Shown here: in pieces, positions 1 through 12,700 of the stretch
Numbering within the stretch: the stretch's first letter is position 1
How the letters are laid out: the number at the start of each line of letters is the position of its first letter
From: a virus
DNA: 64,000 bases
IMG/VR virus record: IMGVR_UViG_3300045988_145100
Location: 64,001-128,000 of that record
Strand: one strand, 5' to 3'
Notes under the pieces: model-generated
Databases searched by the model: none
Seen by the model: only the letters and a program-made list of their open reading frames with translations
Told to the model about the DNA's origin: nothing
Made by a program: the position numbers and the translations under genes

Positions 1-480
1 ACTGTAGACCATTCAGAAAAACTATTTGAATTATCTACGAGCCATTGTGCTAGACCAATAGAAGAAGCTGTATAATTCTCCGTTCCGCATAATCGAATTT
101 GAATTTTATAAATCCATCCGGCTGTAAAACCTACACGACCAAGAGCTGTTATGCCTGAAGAAGAATCTTTATCATAATTATTATTTTTTAATTCATTTCC
201 AAATAACTCAACATAATATAAATCATTATCTGCGGCATGGACTTCCGCATTAACTATAATACCAGTATTTCTATATCTATTATTTATTCTCGCTCCAGAA
301 TTTGTTTCAACAACACTAAGTCCGCTCGGTTGTTTAACAACTGAAATATGAGCGGACTTAATATCTGCGGCGGTATTAAATTTAGATAGAGAAAAATATA
401 TTCTGCAAGAATTGCTACTTGCAAGAAAAGCTGGCATATAACTACTTAATGTTGGTGCATATAAAGTATTACTTGCCATC
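1..480 (-). CDS. Structural (tail/baseplate-region) protein, N-terminal part only; gene continues beyond the window start
   Basis: ATG at 478-480 on the minus strand preceded by SD aaaaggagg; open frame runs to the window edge (MASNTLYAPTLSSYMPAFLASS...). Lies downstream of the tail fibre in the late operon. Confidence 0.5.
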
Positions 481-495
481 GAAATATGCCTCCTT

Positions 496-948
496 TTATT
501 TCTCTTGTTCTTGACTATTATTCATTTTTCTAATCCCCTCTACAAGATTATGGATGTATGAATTGCCGCCTTCTTTATCATAACACGCATATCTTTTTTC
601 AATACAATCCATTTCAAACGAGTCTAAGCGTTTTCCTTGTTGACACGCATGATGTTGTTGCACAATCCAACTTCTTATATCTTGTACATCAGAATCAATT
701 AAGTTCTCGATTTTCTTATTTTGCTGTTCATTATTTTCTTGAAGTTGTTTAACCATTATTGTTAATTGGTTTATTTTCTCACTTAAACTATTAAGAGTTT
801 CCTGCTTTTTATACTTCTTATCAAAGTTATCAGAAATTCCTTTTGCAAAATATTGATATAATGAGATAGCTTCCTTTACCGCCAAAGCAAGCACAACTAT
901 GAAGATAAAAATTTCTCCAACAGAATAAGATTTCAATAAAGCTAACAT
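496..948 (-). CDS. Small membrane-anchored coiled-coil protein, one N-terminal TM helix; holin-like or tail accessory role is speculative
   Basis: 150-aa ORF; hydrophobic stretch VGEIFIFIVVLALAV followed by heptad-like, charged sequence; sits in the late operon after the fibre gene. Confidence 0.4.
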   Translation of the reverse strand: MLALLKSYSVGEIFIFIVVLALAVKEAISLYQYFAKGISDNFDKKYKKQETLNSLSEKINQLTIMVKQLQENNEQQNKKIENLIDSDVQDIRSWIVQQHHACQQGKRLDSFEMDCIEKRYACYDKEGGNSYIHNLVEGIRKMNNSQEQEK

Positions 949-1004
949 TTAGATAAGCTACCTCCTATCCTATATTACATTTAAAATCTAAAAAATATAA
1001 ATTA

Positions 1005-1045
1005 CATATTTTAGACCAAAAAAATAAGACCACCATTACTGGTGG
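1005..1045 (-). terminator. Rho-independent terminator for the minus strand
   Basis: Stem agaccacca/tggtggtct at about 1019-1043, followed in the minus direction by a T-run (plus-strand aaaaaaa at 1012-1018). Confidence 0.5.
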
Positions 1046-1214
1046 TCTATATCTTCTTTCTTTTCTTCTGTAGTTTGAGTTTGTTGTGCAAGTTGATATT
1101 TTTGATATGTTTCTTGAGCATCTCTATAAACATCTCTAACTACAAAAACAATTGCTTCAAGCGGAAGTCCGCTTGCATTAATATCTTCTATTAATTTTAA
1201 TCTTAATTTTTCCA
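1038..1214 (-). CDS. Small hypothetical protein, 58 aa
   Basis: ATG at 1212-1214 with SD ggagataaaagga; MEKLRLKLIEDINASGLPLEAIV...; its stop lies in the loop of a terminator hairpin. Below the ORF-track length cut-off. Confidence 0.3.
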
Positions 1215-1234
1215 TTATCCTTTTATCTCCTTTT

Positions 1235-4200
1235 TTAATTACCAGTATCAGGTACTGCTGCTAAGAAGTAATGTTGAGTATTACTTTGAATTACATCAAT
1301 TGTAACATCATGAAAAAGATATGTCCCATCAGCCTGTTTTTCATTAACCTGAATTGTTTTTTGCGTAAAACCAGGTATAAAATAGCTATACCATTCAATA
1401 GCCTTCGTATGCTTTGGACTACTTAATCTTTCTACAGAAAGAGTTCCTGTTGTGATATTGTCTGCATTAATAGTTCCAGCATCAATAACACCTTGACAAT
1501 CTATTTGATTTGCAGTAAGAGTTCCTTTAACATTCGCAGCATTACAATATAGTCTATCAGTATCTATTTCATCAGATGTAATAGTATGTGAAGCAATTTC
1601 ATTTGCAGTAATAGCTCCAGTTCTAATATTTATAGTGTCTACTTTTAAGACACCTTCTTCAATCGTACAACCACCAATAGTTCCACTTGAAGCAGTTATA
1701 TCACCAGATATTGTAGCATTAGTTGAATATAAATGACCATCATATGTAACTCTAAAAGGCGCAGTACTCGAATCTGGACTTCCACCATAAAATGCAGATG
1801 AATTAGTGCCTATACCACACTCATTATCTTCATTTACATTTAAAGCTAACCAACCCGAATCAGAAACATATAGATTACCAACTGTTCCTTCTCCATTTTC
1901 TTTAAATTTAAAATGTTTACCAAGACTAAATCCATCTGAACTTAAATAAAATCCGCCAGATGTTGAATCTAAAGTAGTATGACTACCACTATACATAGAA
2001 GCACTCCTACTATCACAAGATAAACTTTTATCTTCAATACTCCAGCCGCCTATGTGACCTAATGTTGCAGTTAGTTCACCTTCGTTATTAACACTGAATT
2101 TTCGACCTAAAGTGATTGCATCTGTTCCTACATAAACAGAACTACTACTTCCTTTTCTACCGTAACTTAAATAGCTATTATCTGCATCATACTTTAATTC
2201 CCAATGTCTACTACCGCTTCTTAAGCTTCCTAATAATAAAGTATCTTGATTTACTCTAAAACAAGAACCTATACTAATACCATCTGGACCTAAGTAGAAT
2301 CCATCAGTAGTATTGTCAAGAGTAGAGTGACCATGACCATAAATCTTAGTATTTTGAGAATCTAATGTAACATTCCCATCAGAACTTTTTAAAGTTGTAT
2401 TTCCAATTTGCCAACCCGCGATTGAGCCTCCACCTTTTGCAGTTACATGCCCCTCAGGAGTAACTATGAAATTACCAGAACCAAACTCAATTTTAGGTGT
2501 TGTTAAATCAATCTGCATACCTTGATTATTCCTATTTTGAGAAGAATAACCAGTTGGCTTTCCATCTTTACCGAATTCTTTATAAAAATTACCACTGTAT
2601 AACAAGGCTTGTGATGTTAATGGGTCAATAATAATTTGTCCTCTTTTATGAAGACCAAATATTGCAGAACCATCTTCCGCATTTAAGAAAAGTGATTGCG
2701 CGCCGCCACTATATCCAAAAAGACCTACTTGGGTATCTTCTGCGGCAGATGTCTTATTCAAATTTCTAAGTCCCATAACCATACCTGTGAATTTATTATT
2801 ACTATCTTTTTTACCTGCGCCTACTTGCGGAGCTAATAAGAAGCTATCTTCATCACCTGTATATATTTTATTACCATCCCAACCATTAATGTTAGACATA
2901 GCATATCTATTATACAACATAATAATTGGTTTAATATGAATAATTCTATTCATTTCAACACCAATTAATACATCATACGCATTAGCATGAGTTATAGCTG
3001 CCATTTTAGAACTATATAATGATTTTAATTGTTCATTATAATCATTTGTAAGATTTTCTTTAATTTCCATATTCTCTTCTGAATCTGATAATTTTCCATA
3101 ATCTAACAGTGTCTTTTTCATATTTTCAAAAATATCGCTGTATTCAGAATAAGAACTTATCTCTGTGAAATGATTTTGTAATGCGACCAAATTATCATAA
3201 GAATTTTTATATGTTGTTTTAATCTTATCAAAAGTAGAAATCATGCGGGAAACAGGATAGATTCCTCCTGTAATTGCACTAGTAGAATCTCCAGAGCAAA
3301 GATTATAGAGTTTTTCTCTTTTACTTTCATACTTTCTAGCACCGCCTTCTTCTGCGATTAATTGATTCTTATATTGAAGAACTACTTCTACTTTATCATT
3401 ATATATATTTACATAATTTATAAATACATTATAAACAGAAATATCAAGTTTTTCTTTTAACCTAGCAAGCTGTCTATCTGTTAAATCAATTTTTCTAGTT
3501 GAAAAAGAAACTGGCAAAGTTTTACCTAACAATGCATTTGTAACATCTCTATTGATATAGTTATTATAAGTAACAAAATCAATAGTTACAATTCCGCCAA
3601 TTTCAGTATGTTGTTGATAATATTTACTAACATCACTTAAAAGACTTTCACTTTCTCTTAAAGTTCTAATCATATCATTATTAAGAGAAATATAATCTTT
3701 TACTTCTGTTAAAACATTTAACCAAGGTTTATATTGGAAATAGCTTAAAACATTTTTTAAAGTTGAATAATTAGTTGTTAAAGTAGTAATTTGATTTTGA
3801 TAATCTTCTGCTTCTTTATCATATTCTGCTTTTGTTTTAGTTAATCCCTCTTTAGTTTTTGAATCAAGAGTAAGTGTTGTCTTTATATAGTTCTTACTAA
3901 TACCACTATCAAATTTTGAAGTAGGCTCAATTACTTTCTGATTTTCTGGTAAGTCTGCACTTCTATATTCTGAAATGTTTAAGTTTTCTGAAGCCTCCCA
4001 TTCATAATCATAAACATTTGAACTATCTATACTATATAGATTATCTACAACAGTAAAGTTAGAACTATTGTCCCACTTTGGATTTGTACCATCTGAAGCA
4101 AATAAGACTTCTGAATATCCGCCATTAAGCACTGGAACTGCGCATTTCTTATTGCCTTTTTCATCTGTATAAATAACATCTGACTCTTTTGCACAATAAG

Positions 4201-6673
4201 TAATTTCAATAGGATAGTAAGCATAAATTATCCAATTCTTATTAGCAACGCTTGTATCTGTAACAGTTACTTCTGCTTGCAAAATATTACAATATACTTC
4301 TGAAGGGTCAAATATCTTTGATGGAATTAACTGATTTTTTGTACTATCAAAAGTAAAGCAAGGATTAGTTGCTTTATTATCAAACATACTCCATGTTACT
4401 GTATATAAAGTATCATCAGTAATAACTTTACCTTGACTAAATACTCTTACATCAAGAGTCCTTAATGTTGTATCATCAATTAATTGATTATTTTGCATAT
4501 CATATAGCATCCATTTTGCACTATCTGCAAAATAAACATAACAAAGTTTATACACTCCGTTAGTAGTAGGATTCTTTTGTCCATATGCATATCCGTCAAT
4601 GATAATTTCTGCACTATAATTTGTACCATTAGTACCATTTCCGCCATCTTTAACAAAAGTAAATGATGTATTATTTAACATCTCAACTCCCGCAAAAGTG
4701 GTATATAAAGTAATCTCATTATTGCTTTTTGAAGGATTGTATGTAGCATCAATGGTATAAGGAAGATTTCTCTCGCCACGAACATAATAATAATTATCGT
4801 CTTCCTCACTAATTAAAACAGGATTAATATTAATCAAAGACTTCTTTGGTATTCTCCAAATAATATTAACAGCTAAATATTCTGTTTCTGTTAATTCATT
4901 TCCATTTGCTTTATATATCTTAAATGTAATTGGTTCAATTTCATTTAAGTTTACTGTATCTTTATCATAATATTCTGTAAAAGGAGAATCTCCATCTGAA
5001 TCATAATTATATAATCTAGTTGCATTATATAAATAAGTTACATATTCATAACTATCCGCTGCGGCGACAGCTAAATCTGCGCTACCAAGGTTAATGCTCT
5101 CTATACTACCATCCGCGCGTTGTTTTTCTTCAAATACTGTACAAGTAATTAAATTACTATCTTGCATTTTAGAAGTCGGATAAGTACCTTTAGTAATATA
5201 ATGTCCGTTCTCTTTAGCATTTATATCACTAAAAGTTAAGAAGTCACTATCTAAGTAAGTTCCATCTTTTGCGTATCTATCCCAGTAATATTTAAAATTA
5301 CTTGTTGAGTTTTCATTATCTGTAATTCCTGGATAATAAAGGTCTGCCGCAAGACTTACTTTACCTATATTTTTTACAAAATTATTACTTCCTGTTGTTG
5401 AATACAAACTAAACTTAATATCTGAATTAAGATTTACAATTTCTAATTCATCAGAAATTCTTTCTGTATCTTTTGTTAATACACATTTATAAATTAATGA
5501 TGTTTTAACATCTTCTATCTTTACTTGATAACTATATACATTTGTAACATATTGATAAGAAGTATCGCCATTGTCATTTGTATTAACTTTAGTTTTCTCA
5601 TTAAGACACTTCCAACCAAGTCCACCTTTTGTACAATAGTCAGGATTATTAGTTGCATTAACTGAAGCATCTTTTACAAACCAATAGCAATCATAACCAT
5701 TAATATTTTTTTCTTGTCCTTTTATCTTTAAAATTGGCTTTAAAGTTTTCGTTGTTTCAAAGTAGTTCTTTAAAAAGTATTCTCCAGTATCGGATTTTAT
5801 TTTTAAATAGTTACCTTGCATTTCTGTTTCTGTTAAAGCTTGAACAACTAAAAATTGAACATCTTTAATAAAAATATCATTTGTATCAATATTTTCATCT
5901 TGATTAAAGTCTCTCACAAAAGCAGAAATAATAGGGCTTCTGCGGCTATCATAAAATTCTTCATCATTTTCTTCTAATGTAAAGTAATAAGTCTGTTGTG
6001 TCCAAACTTGATAATTATATGGATTACCTAACATCTTATGAATATCAAATGTTAAAGTCTTATCATTAATCATCTTATCATTATCTTCACTATATCTAAA
6101 AAATGGAAGTTGTAATATAATACCATAATCTCCGCCAACTCTTTGACTATCTATTAATGCAGTTTTTACTTTCATAGATAAAGCATAAGTTTTATAATGT
6201 TTTAAGTATTTTGGCATTAAAACTTGGTCTGCGGAATCTACATTACTTGAAAAAACATCTTTCGTTTCTGTATGAAAAGAACAAAGGTTTATAACTTCTT
6301 TTGAGTTAATATCTAAAACATTGTCTGCAATTACAAGATATTGGCTAGCTGTAGAATCTTCCTCTGCAGAAGATGCTGATTCATTAGTATTATGCTTTAT
6401 TAATCCTACAATCATTTTCTTTTTTGAAAAATCATTTTCTGGAACTAAAACATAAACAATATCTTTAATAGAGTAGTCAGCGTTATTAGAGTATACATTA
6501 AATATATTGTTTTGATATTTAACTGTATAAATGCCTGCAGCTCTATCTACGATACCAGTAATTGTACATTCAATAGTAGCAGATGCTTTTACTGACGCGG
6601 CAGTACTTTTACTATAAGTTTCAAATGCCGCTAATAAAGCTGAAGAAATATCTTGACTATTCTTATTTGACAT
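1235..6673 (-). CDS. Large tail fibre / receptor-binding / distal tail protein, 1812 aa
   Basis: Directly downstream of the TMP gene. N-terminus resembles the siphophage distal-tail / minor structural protein N-terminal region. The C-terminal half has Gly/Ser/Thr-rich internal repeats (GSHTTLDSTSGGFYLSSDGFSLG..., GHGHSTLDNTTDGFYLGPDGISIG...) typical of fibre shafts. Confidence 0.6.
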   Translation of the reverse strand: MSNKNSQDISSALLAAFETYSKSTAASVKASATIECTITGIVDRAAGIYTVKYQNNIFNVYSNNADYSIKDIVYVLVPENDFSKKKMIVGLIKHNTNESASSAEEDSTASQYLVIADNVLDINSKEVINLCSFHTETKDVFSSNVDSADQVLMPKYLKHYKTYALSMKVKTALIDSQRVGGDYGIILQLPFFRYSEDNDKMINDKTLTFDIHKMLGNPYNYQVWTQQTYYFTLEENDEEFYDSRRSPIISAFVRDFNQDENIDTNDIFIKDVQFLVVQALTETEMQGNYLKIKSDTGEYFLKNYFETTKTLKPILKIKGQEKNINGYDCYWFVKDASVNATNNPDYCTKGGLGWKCLNEKTKVNTNDNGDTSYQYVTNVYSYQVKIEDVKTSLIYKCVLTKDTERISDELEIVNLNSDIKFSLYSTTGSNNFVKNIGKVSLAADLYYPGITDNENSTSNFKYYWDRYAKDGTYLDSDFLTFSDINAKENGHYITKGTYPTSKMQDSNLITCTVFEEKQRADGSIESINLGSADLAVAAADSYEYVTYLYNATRLYNYDSDGDSPFTEYYDKDTVNLNEIEPITFKIYKANGNELTETEYLAVNIIWRIPKKSLININPVLISEEDDNYYYVRGERNLPYTIDATYNPSKSNNEITLYTTFAGVEMLNNTSFTFVKDGGNGTNGTNYSAEIIIDGYAYGQKNPTTNGVYKLCYVYFADSAKWMLYDMQNNQLIDDTTLRTLDVRVFSQGKVITDDTLYTVTWSMFDNKATNPCFTFDSTKNQLIPSKIFDPSEVYCNILQAEVTVTDTSVANKNWIIYAYYPIEITYCAKESDVIYTDEKGNKKCAVPVLNGGYSEVLFASDGTNPKWDNSSNFTVVDNLYSIDSSNVYDYEWEASENLNISEYRSADLPENQKVIEPTSKFDSGISKNYIKTTLTLDSKTKEGLTKTKAEYDKEAEDYQNQITTLTTNYSTLKNVLSYFQYKPWLNVLTEVKDYISLNNDMIRTLRESESLLSDVSKYYQQHTEIGGIVTIDFVTYNNYINRDVTNALLGKTLPVSFSTRKIDLTDRQLARLKEKLDISVYNVFINYVNIYNDKVEVVLQYKNQLIAEEGGARKYESKREKLYNLCSGDSTSAITGGIYPVSRMISTFDKIKTTYKNSYDNLVALQNHFTEISSYSEYSDIFENMKKTLLDYGKLSDSEENMEIKENLTNDYNEQLKSLYSSKMAAITHANAYDVLIGVEMNRIIHIKPIIMLYNRYAMSNINGWDGNKIYTGDEDSFLLAPQVGAGKKDSNNKFTGMVMGLRNLNKTSAAEDTQVGLFGYSGGAQSLFLNAEDGSAIFGLHKRGQIIIDPLTSQALLYSGNFYKEFGKDGKPTGYSSQNRNNQGMQIDLTTPKIEFGSGNFIVTPEGHVTAKGGGSIAGWQIGNTTLKSSDGNVTLDSQNTKIYGHGHSTLDNTTDGFYLGPDGISIGSCFRVNQDTLLLGSLRSGSRHWELKYDADNSYLSYGRKGSSSSVYVGTDAITLGRKFSVNNEGELTATLGHIGGWSIEDKSLSCDSRSASMYSGSHTTLDSTSGGFYLSSDGFSLGKHFKFKENGEGTVGNLYVSDSGWLALNVNEDNECGIGTNSSAFYGGSPDSSTAPFRVTYDGHLYSTNATISGDITASSGTIGGCTIEEGVLKVDTINIRTGAITANEIASHTITSDEIDTDRLYCNAANVKGTLTANQIDCQGVIDAGTINADNITTGTLSVERLSSPKHTKAIEWYSYFIPGFTQKTIQVNEKQADGTYLFHDVTIDVIQSNTQHYFLAAVPDTGN

Positions 6674-6743
6674 TCTGTAAAACCTCCTTTTAATCTCTTA
6701 CAATAATTAATTTTTCTTTGGGCAAAATTATTTAAAACTGACC

Positions 6744-6775
6744 AAAAAAATATTGGGGCAGTTTCCTGCCCCATT
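6744..6775 (-). terminator. Bidirectional rho-independent terminator downstream of the TMP gene
   Basis: Hairpin ggggcag-tttc-ctgcccc at 6755-6772, with atttttt on the plus side and an A-run (T-run on minus) at 6744-6754. Confidence 0.55.
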
Positions 6776-6777
6776 TT

Positions 6778-9700
6778 TTAAATATTTTTTTCATTAACTT
6801 TTTGACTAACTAAATTAGGTAAACTTAATAAAGCTTCTCTAATATCTTGAACACTCTCTGCATTAGGGAACTCTGCAGTAACATTATAGACATTATTATT
6901 AGAAGCATTACTAACATTAGAAGATAAGTAATCTGCACTAACTGGATGAATACTAGAAGTAGCATTTGTCATTCCCGCAAGTTGAGATAATAATGAAGCT
7001 CCTATAGAGCTTGCAATTCCACGAACAAATTCAACTGCATTAAGAATGTTTTCTGTATCATCTTTATTTAAAACTAGCTCTTTTTGATGCAATACTGCAA
7101 GTCTTCCTGAATTATCCCATTCTCCAGTGTATCCGCCAGTATCGAAAGAATATGTATTTACTCTTGCATTATCTAAATAATATTTGTAACCGCTTGTTTG
7201 AACATTTACATTAGGGTCTAACTCTTCATCATATCCATTATCAGATAAAACTTGATTTATATAATCTCTAGCTTCCCAAACAGAACTAATTCTATGGTCT
7301 CTGTAATCTTTTGGCTCTTCTCCATCTCGTCCTATCGCTTTTTCACTATTTCCCGTTCTTTCATATACTGTTACTACTAAACCATCACCATCTGGTGCGC
7401 TATCTACTGAATAGTAATGAACTGTTTCTTCCGGAGGGTTATTATCTGCAATATCAGTAGAATTTCCACCTACACTACCTCCGCTTGATGGAGCTGCAGC
7501 AGCTGGAGTTTTGACAGTAGAAGCACTCTTTGCTGCTAACTCATATTTCTTCATAGTTTCAATATTTTGTTCAACAATAGCCTTAACTTCTTTCCATTGA
7601 GATTCTAATTCTTTTAAACTATTTATGTAATCATCAATTAATTTTTCTGCATTGTCAATATAATCTTCAGTTGTTCCATCTAAATCATCAATAGCACTAG
7701 ATACATCATCTATCGCACTACCCACATCTGTAAAATCTTCACCTGCGGCTGCGCATCCTGCATCAACATCTGCATTATAATCTCCTAATGCAGATGAGCA
7801 ATCCTTTAAAGCTTCATTAACCTGAGATTTAATACTCATTCCATCATCTGCATTCCATGCATCTGCCATTGCTTGTGCAGTTGTATTCCAATAGTCAAGA
7901 CTTTCATCATTAACTCTTTGACCAGCTTCTTGAATATCTTCATAAGATTTAATAGTTCCGTTCTTTAAACCATCTATTAACTCTTGTTCTGCAGCAGTCA
8001 TAGTAGCATACTTCTCTTGGTCTGATTCGTAAATAGCCCATAATTGTTCTGCTGTAACAAGGTTTAAATCTTGTTGTGTTTGTGCAGAGTCTTGATAAGC
8101 TTGAGTAAGAATACCTTCTTTTCCATAATACATATCATAAAGTTGAGCTATTCTACTTTGTCTTTCTTCATCAGATAAGGAAACATCTTTCATAATCTCC
8201 GCGTATTTATTCCAGAAATCTTCTTCATATTGAAGTAAATCATCTAAAGCTTGTTGATTTGCAGATTTTACATATTCATATTTATCATTAATAGCATCTA
8301 ATAAATCTTGTTGCTTTTCCGCAACATTATCTTCATCTGCTACATATTGATAAGACCAATTACCTTCTGCATTTCTAGTAAGCTTCATACTATCTTTTGA
8401 ATTCTGAGCTTGCTCAAGCGCTATTCTAGCTTGTTCTACCGCAAGTGCTTTTTCCGCGAGACCAATGTCATACTCTGTTAAAGTAGCTTTCTTTTCAAGA
8501 TTAGCTAATTGCTCATCCATAATCTTCTTTAACTTTTCTTGATTTTTAGTTCCTGTAGTATCTGCAATTAATTTATTCCATTTAGATTGTAATGAAGTTA
8601 ATTGATATACTCTTTCAACATCATCATAATTACCTTCTGATTTAGTCTTTGTTAAATCATACATGGTTCTAGCCCAATCAGTGTCAACTCCGCCATTAGT
8701 AGCCATTCTAGCTTTTTTAATGATACTATCAATAGTATTATTATATTTACTTTGAATAGTCTTAATGTAAGTCTCTTCTTCTGAACGAAGGTCTTGCATA
8801 GCTTGTTTTTTCTTTTCAAGCCATTTTTCTGCGGATTTACTATCTTCACCATCTAATTGAACAGCTTTCTCATATTGTGCCTGATAAAAATCTGTCTGTT
8901 GTCTTAAAGATTTTAATTGAGCTAAATTATTTTTCTGTTGAGTATCATATAACTTAGCAAGTTTATCATAAGCTGTATCTCCATATAAAAGACTAATTAA
9001 ATTAGCTTGATGTTCAAGCTCTTCATTTAATTCTTCATATTTCTTATTAATATTATCAAGATGCGTTCCTACATCATCAATATATTCTAAATAAGCGTTC
9101 CAACCTTCTTCATATGTTGAGAATAGCTCCTCAGCATCATCTTGAAGTGTCTTGTTAGCTTCTTTTAAAGCATTTTCTGCTTCTGATAAAGAACTAAATA
9201 AATCACTTGTTCCGCCATTCTTCAATTGGTCTATTTCATAGTTGATATTCTCAACTTTCTGAATATCACTTGCAAGAGTTCCATCATTTAAGTTAAATGT
9301 TTGAGCTTTCTTTAAAGCATATTCAATCTCTTGTCCTGCATCACTAAATGTTGATTTAAAGTTTCTGTTAATCTCTTTTAAGAAATCATTCCAGTCTCTT
9401 TCAGCTTGTTTTAAATCTAAGTTAATTTGGATATCTGTTTCCCAAATCTTAAGATTATTTTCAAGTATCTTCTTAGATTCTTCTACAATCTTATCTGTAG
9501 TATCGACCATTTCAGAATAATAAAGAGTATCATATCTTTCAAGATATTTCTTAAATTCTTCATATGTTTCTGAATCATCAACATTACCATACTGTGCAAA
9601 CATAGATGTCGTAATATCTGCATAGTTTGTAAGACGACCTTCCTCATCAAATAATGCACCATAAGCACTTAATGAGCTTCTTAATTCTTCTGCTTCAACC

Positions 9701-12700
9701 TTTTGTGCTTCATATAAAGCTTCATAATTAGCTTTTTGAGTTACTAATAAATCATTTACTTGATTAAGATTATCAATTAATTCTTGTCCGTACAGATTAT
9801 CTTGTTCATCTTCAAGGCGCTCCATTGCATGAGCAACTTCATCAATAGCCTTCTTAAATTCCCAATATCTATCGAACTCATCTTCAAAGTATTTCTTCTT
9901 TGAAGATGAAGCAGCAGAACTACTACCCATAATCTTATCAAAATGCGCATCAATATTATCATAAACATTGCCTATCGCGGCAATCGCATTTTCCTGCGCA
10001 TCAATATACATTGTAACTTGTTGCATTGCTGCAGCATTGTTCTGAAGCTCTGTGTTTGCAGCAGCTAAACCTCTAGCTTCTGCAATTAAAGTCTCTGCAT
10101 AACTCATTGTCGATGTAGTCAACTTTTGAGTCATCTCTAATTCCATAGCTGCATTAACTACATTATCGCTTGATAAAATAGATTCAACTTTAGCTACAGT
10201 AATTCTTGCTTGACTTACTGCCATATCCGCAAGTTTAGCCTTAGTCATCTCTTTTAAGTCAGCAGTATTTAACTTAAACTGACTTCCATCCCACTCTAAT
10301 GCTGAAAGATATTTAGGTTCAAGTTCAAGGATAGCTTGAAGATTATCCATAGTAAAGTAACCATTAGCATTATAATCCTTCATAGCAGATGTTAGAGTCT
10401 TATACCCAGTTTGAATTTCATCAATAACACTACTATTAGCTTCTTGCGCTTTTTCGCCAGCTTTAACAACCTTGTTCCAATCTTCTGAATCAACGGTAAG
10501 GTCTTTAACTAAATCATCAAGTTTCTCTAACTGGTCTGAATATTTTTTATTACTAAGCTTTTTAAAGAAATTTACAACATCACTATCATCACTGCCATAG
10601 CCTTGATTTTTCATAGCATCTTTTAAATCTCTAATAGTGTCACTATTAAGACCACTTAAATCATTGCCATTAAACTTATCAACTAATTTACCAATATCAT
10701 CTTGAGTGAAATTAGCATCTGAATCTTCTGATAATAATTCTAATTCTTTTTGAGCTTCTTTATAGTCATCTATTTGCTCTTTATATTTTTCTTTATATGT
10801 ATCAGCTTCTAATTGAGCTTCTTCTCTTGCCGCATCACCAGTCTCTTCAATTAACTTTAATTTCTCGCCATAGAAAGATGCCATAAGAGTAGCTTGAGAT
10901 GACCAATCCATATTATTTAAAGTTTTTTCATCAACTGATACACCTTCAGATGTAACACCGGAAAAATCAAGAGTATCAAGAATTTGTTTCTTTTGCTTAT
11001 CTGTTAGTTCTGTTTTATCAGTAATTAAACCATCAACTAAAGTTTGTGCATAATCAGCTTCGCCTTTTTCTGCACTTCCTTTAAATACATTAGGAAGCTT
11101 TTCTGCCAATGAAGATAAAGCTTTTTCTGTATTATTACTATTCTTCTCCATTGCTTCACTAAGCAACTGAGAAAAATTATCACTAAAGAAACTTTGTTCA
11201 TAAGTAGAATAGTTATCTAAAGCTTTCGTCATAGATTCATAATATTGTAAACTATTTAATTCAGAAGCTATTTTTTGACTATCTTTCCATTCTTGAACAG
11301 CATTTTGGTCAACTTCTTTAGTATATATATAATTACCGCCTGCGCCAACTTGATTATAAGACTTATTATGGCTATTGTATTCTTCTTCAGTTATTTCACC
11401 TTTTGCAAAAAGACCCGTACCAAATAAACCTTTATCTTGATAGATATATTTAGCATTATCCCCAACAGCATTAAGATAATCTTCAGTAGTCTTCTTATCA
11501 ATTTCATCTTTCTGTTTTTGAATATCTTTAAATACATCTGTAGAAGTATTAGACATAATAGTGTCAGCAACTGTTGCAGTTTGAGCATATTCTTTTATAC
11601 TATCAATAGCAGACATATACGAATTTGCCCATTTTGAAGCATCCTCAATAGAATCATAAACACCTTTACTTAACGCTTCATGGACCATATTTCTCCATGT
11701 TGTAGTATAGTCTTCAATAGAATTAATCGCATCAAAGTTTTGGGCATCTACAATCATAGTCTTTTGGGCTTCATGCGCAGTATCTATAGATTCTGTTAAA
11801 CCATCAATTTGGTCTTTTGCACTTGATAAATACTGTCTTAATTGTTTTGCTGCAGAAGTATCAGAATCATTTAATACAGATTGAACTGCATCCGCATCTG
11901 TCTTAATTGCAGTAGCTAAACTTTGGAGACTAATTTTATCATTTGTAAGGAATTGAACTCCTAATTCTTGAAGTTGACTAGCTAAATTCTTTTCTTTAGA
12001 ATTTCTTGCAACCATACCTTTTAAGTCAATAGTCTCAGTTCCATTAACAAAATCTCTTCTACCTGAATCTTCTTCTGCACTTGCACTTAATTGGTCTTTA
12101 AGAGCTATTTCATAGTTTTTCTGTTCTTGCTTTGCAGAATTAAGTGTTTTCTCTGTTTTTTTACTCTCAATAGACTTCATAGCTTCTTCGAGACTCTTAT
12201 ATTCTCCACTTAATGCTTTTACTGCAAGCTCTTCTTCACCATATTGCATACAAAGGTCATAGCTTTGTTTCTTTAATGCGGAAGCTGATAATTCTCCATC
12301 ATTATACTTATTATATAATTCATCATAAGCTTTCTTTAATTCACTAACTTTATCTGATTCTTCTTTATACTGCTTTGTTCTTTCTGTTGTATTTTGTGCT
12401 ACTCTAAGACTTTCTTCTGCCTCTTTTTGTAAATTAGCTACAACCGCTTTATGAATAAGGTTATACACGGCATACGCTGCTGTTGCAACCTGAACAGCAA
12501 TACCAATTGCGCCCATTGCCTTTGAAACTTTACTTGCGATTTGAATTCCACGACCTTCAACCGCTTGAGTTGTTGCTACAATATCTTGCTCTTCTTGTGC
12601 GGCAGCTTTTCTCTGCTTTAAACTTTCAGTAAAGTTTGCCCATTCATTATCATTTGTAATAAGACCCTTTGTAATTCCTGTAAGTCTAGAATCTCTAGTT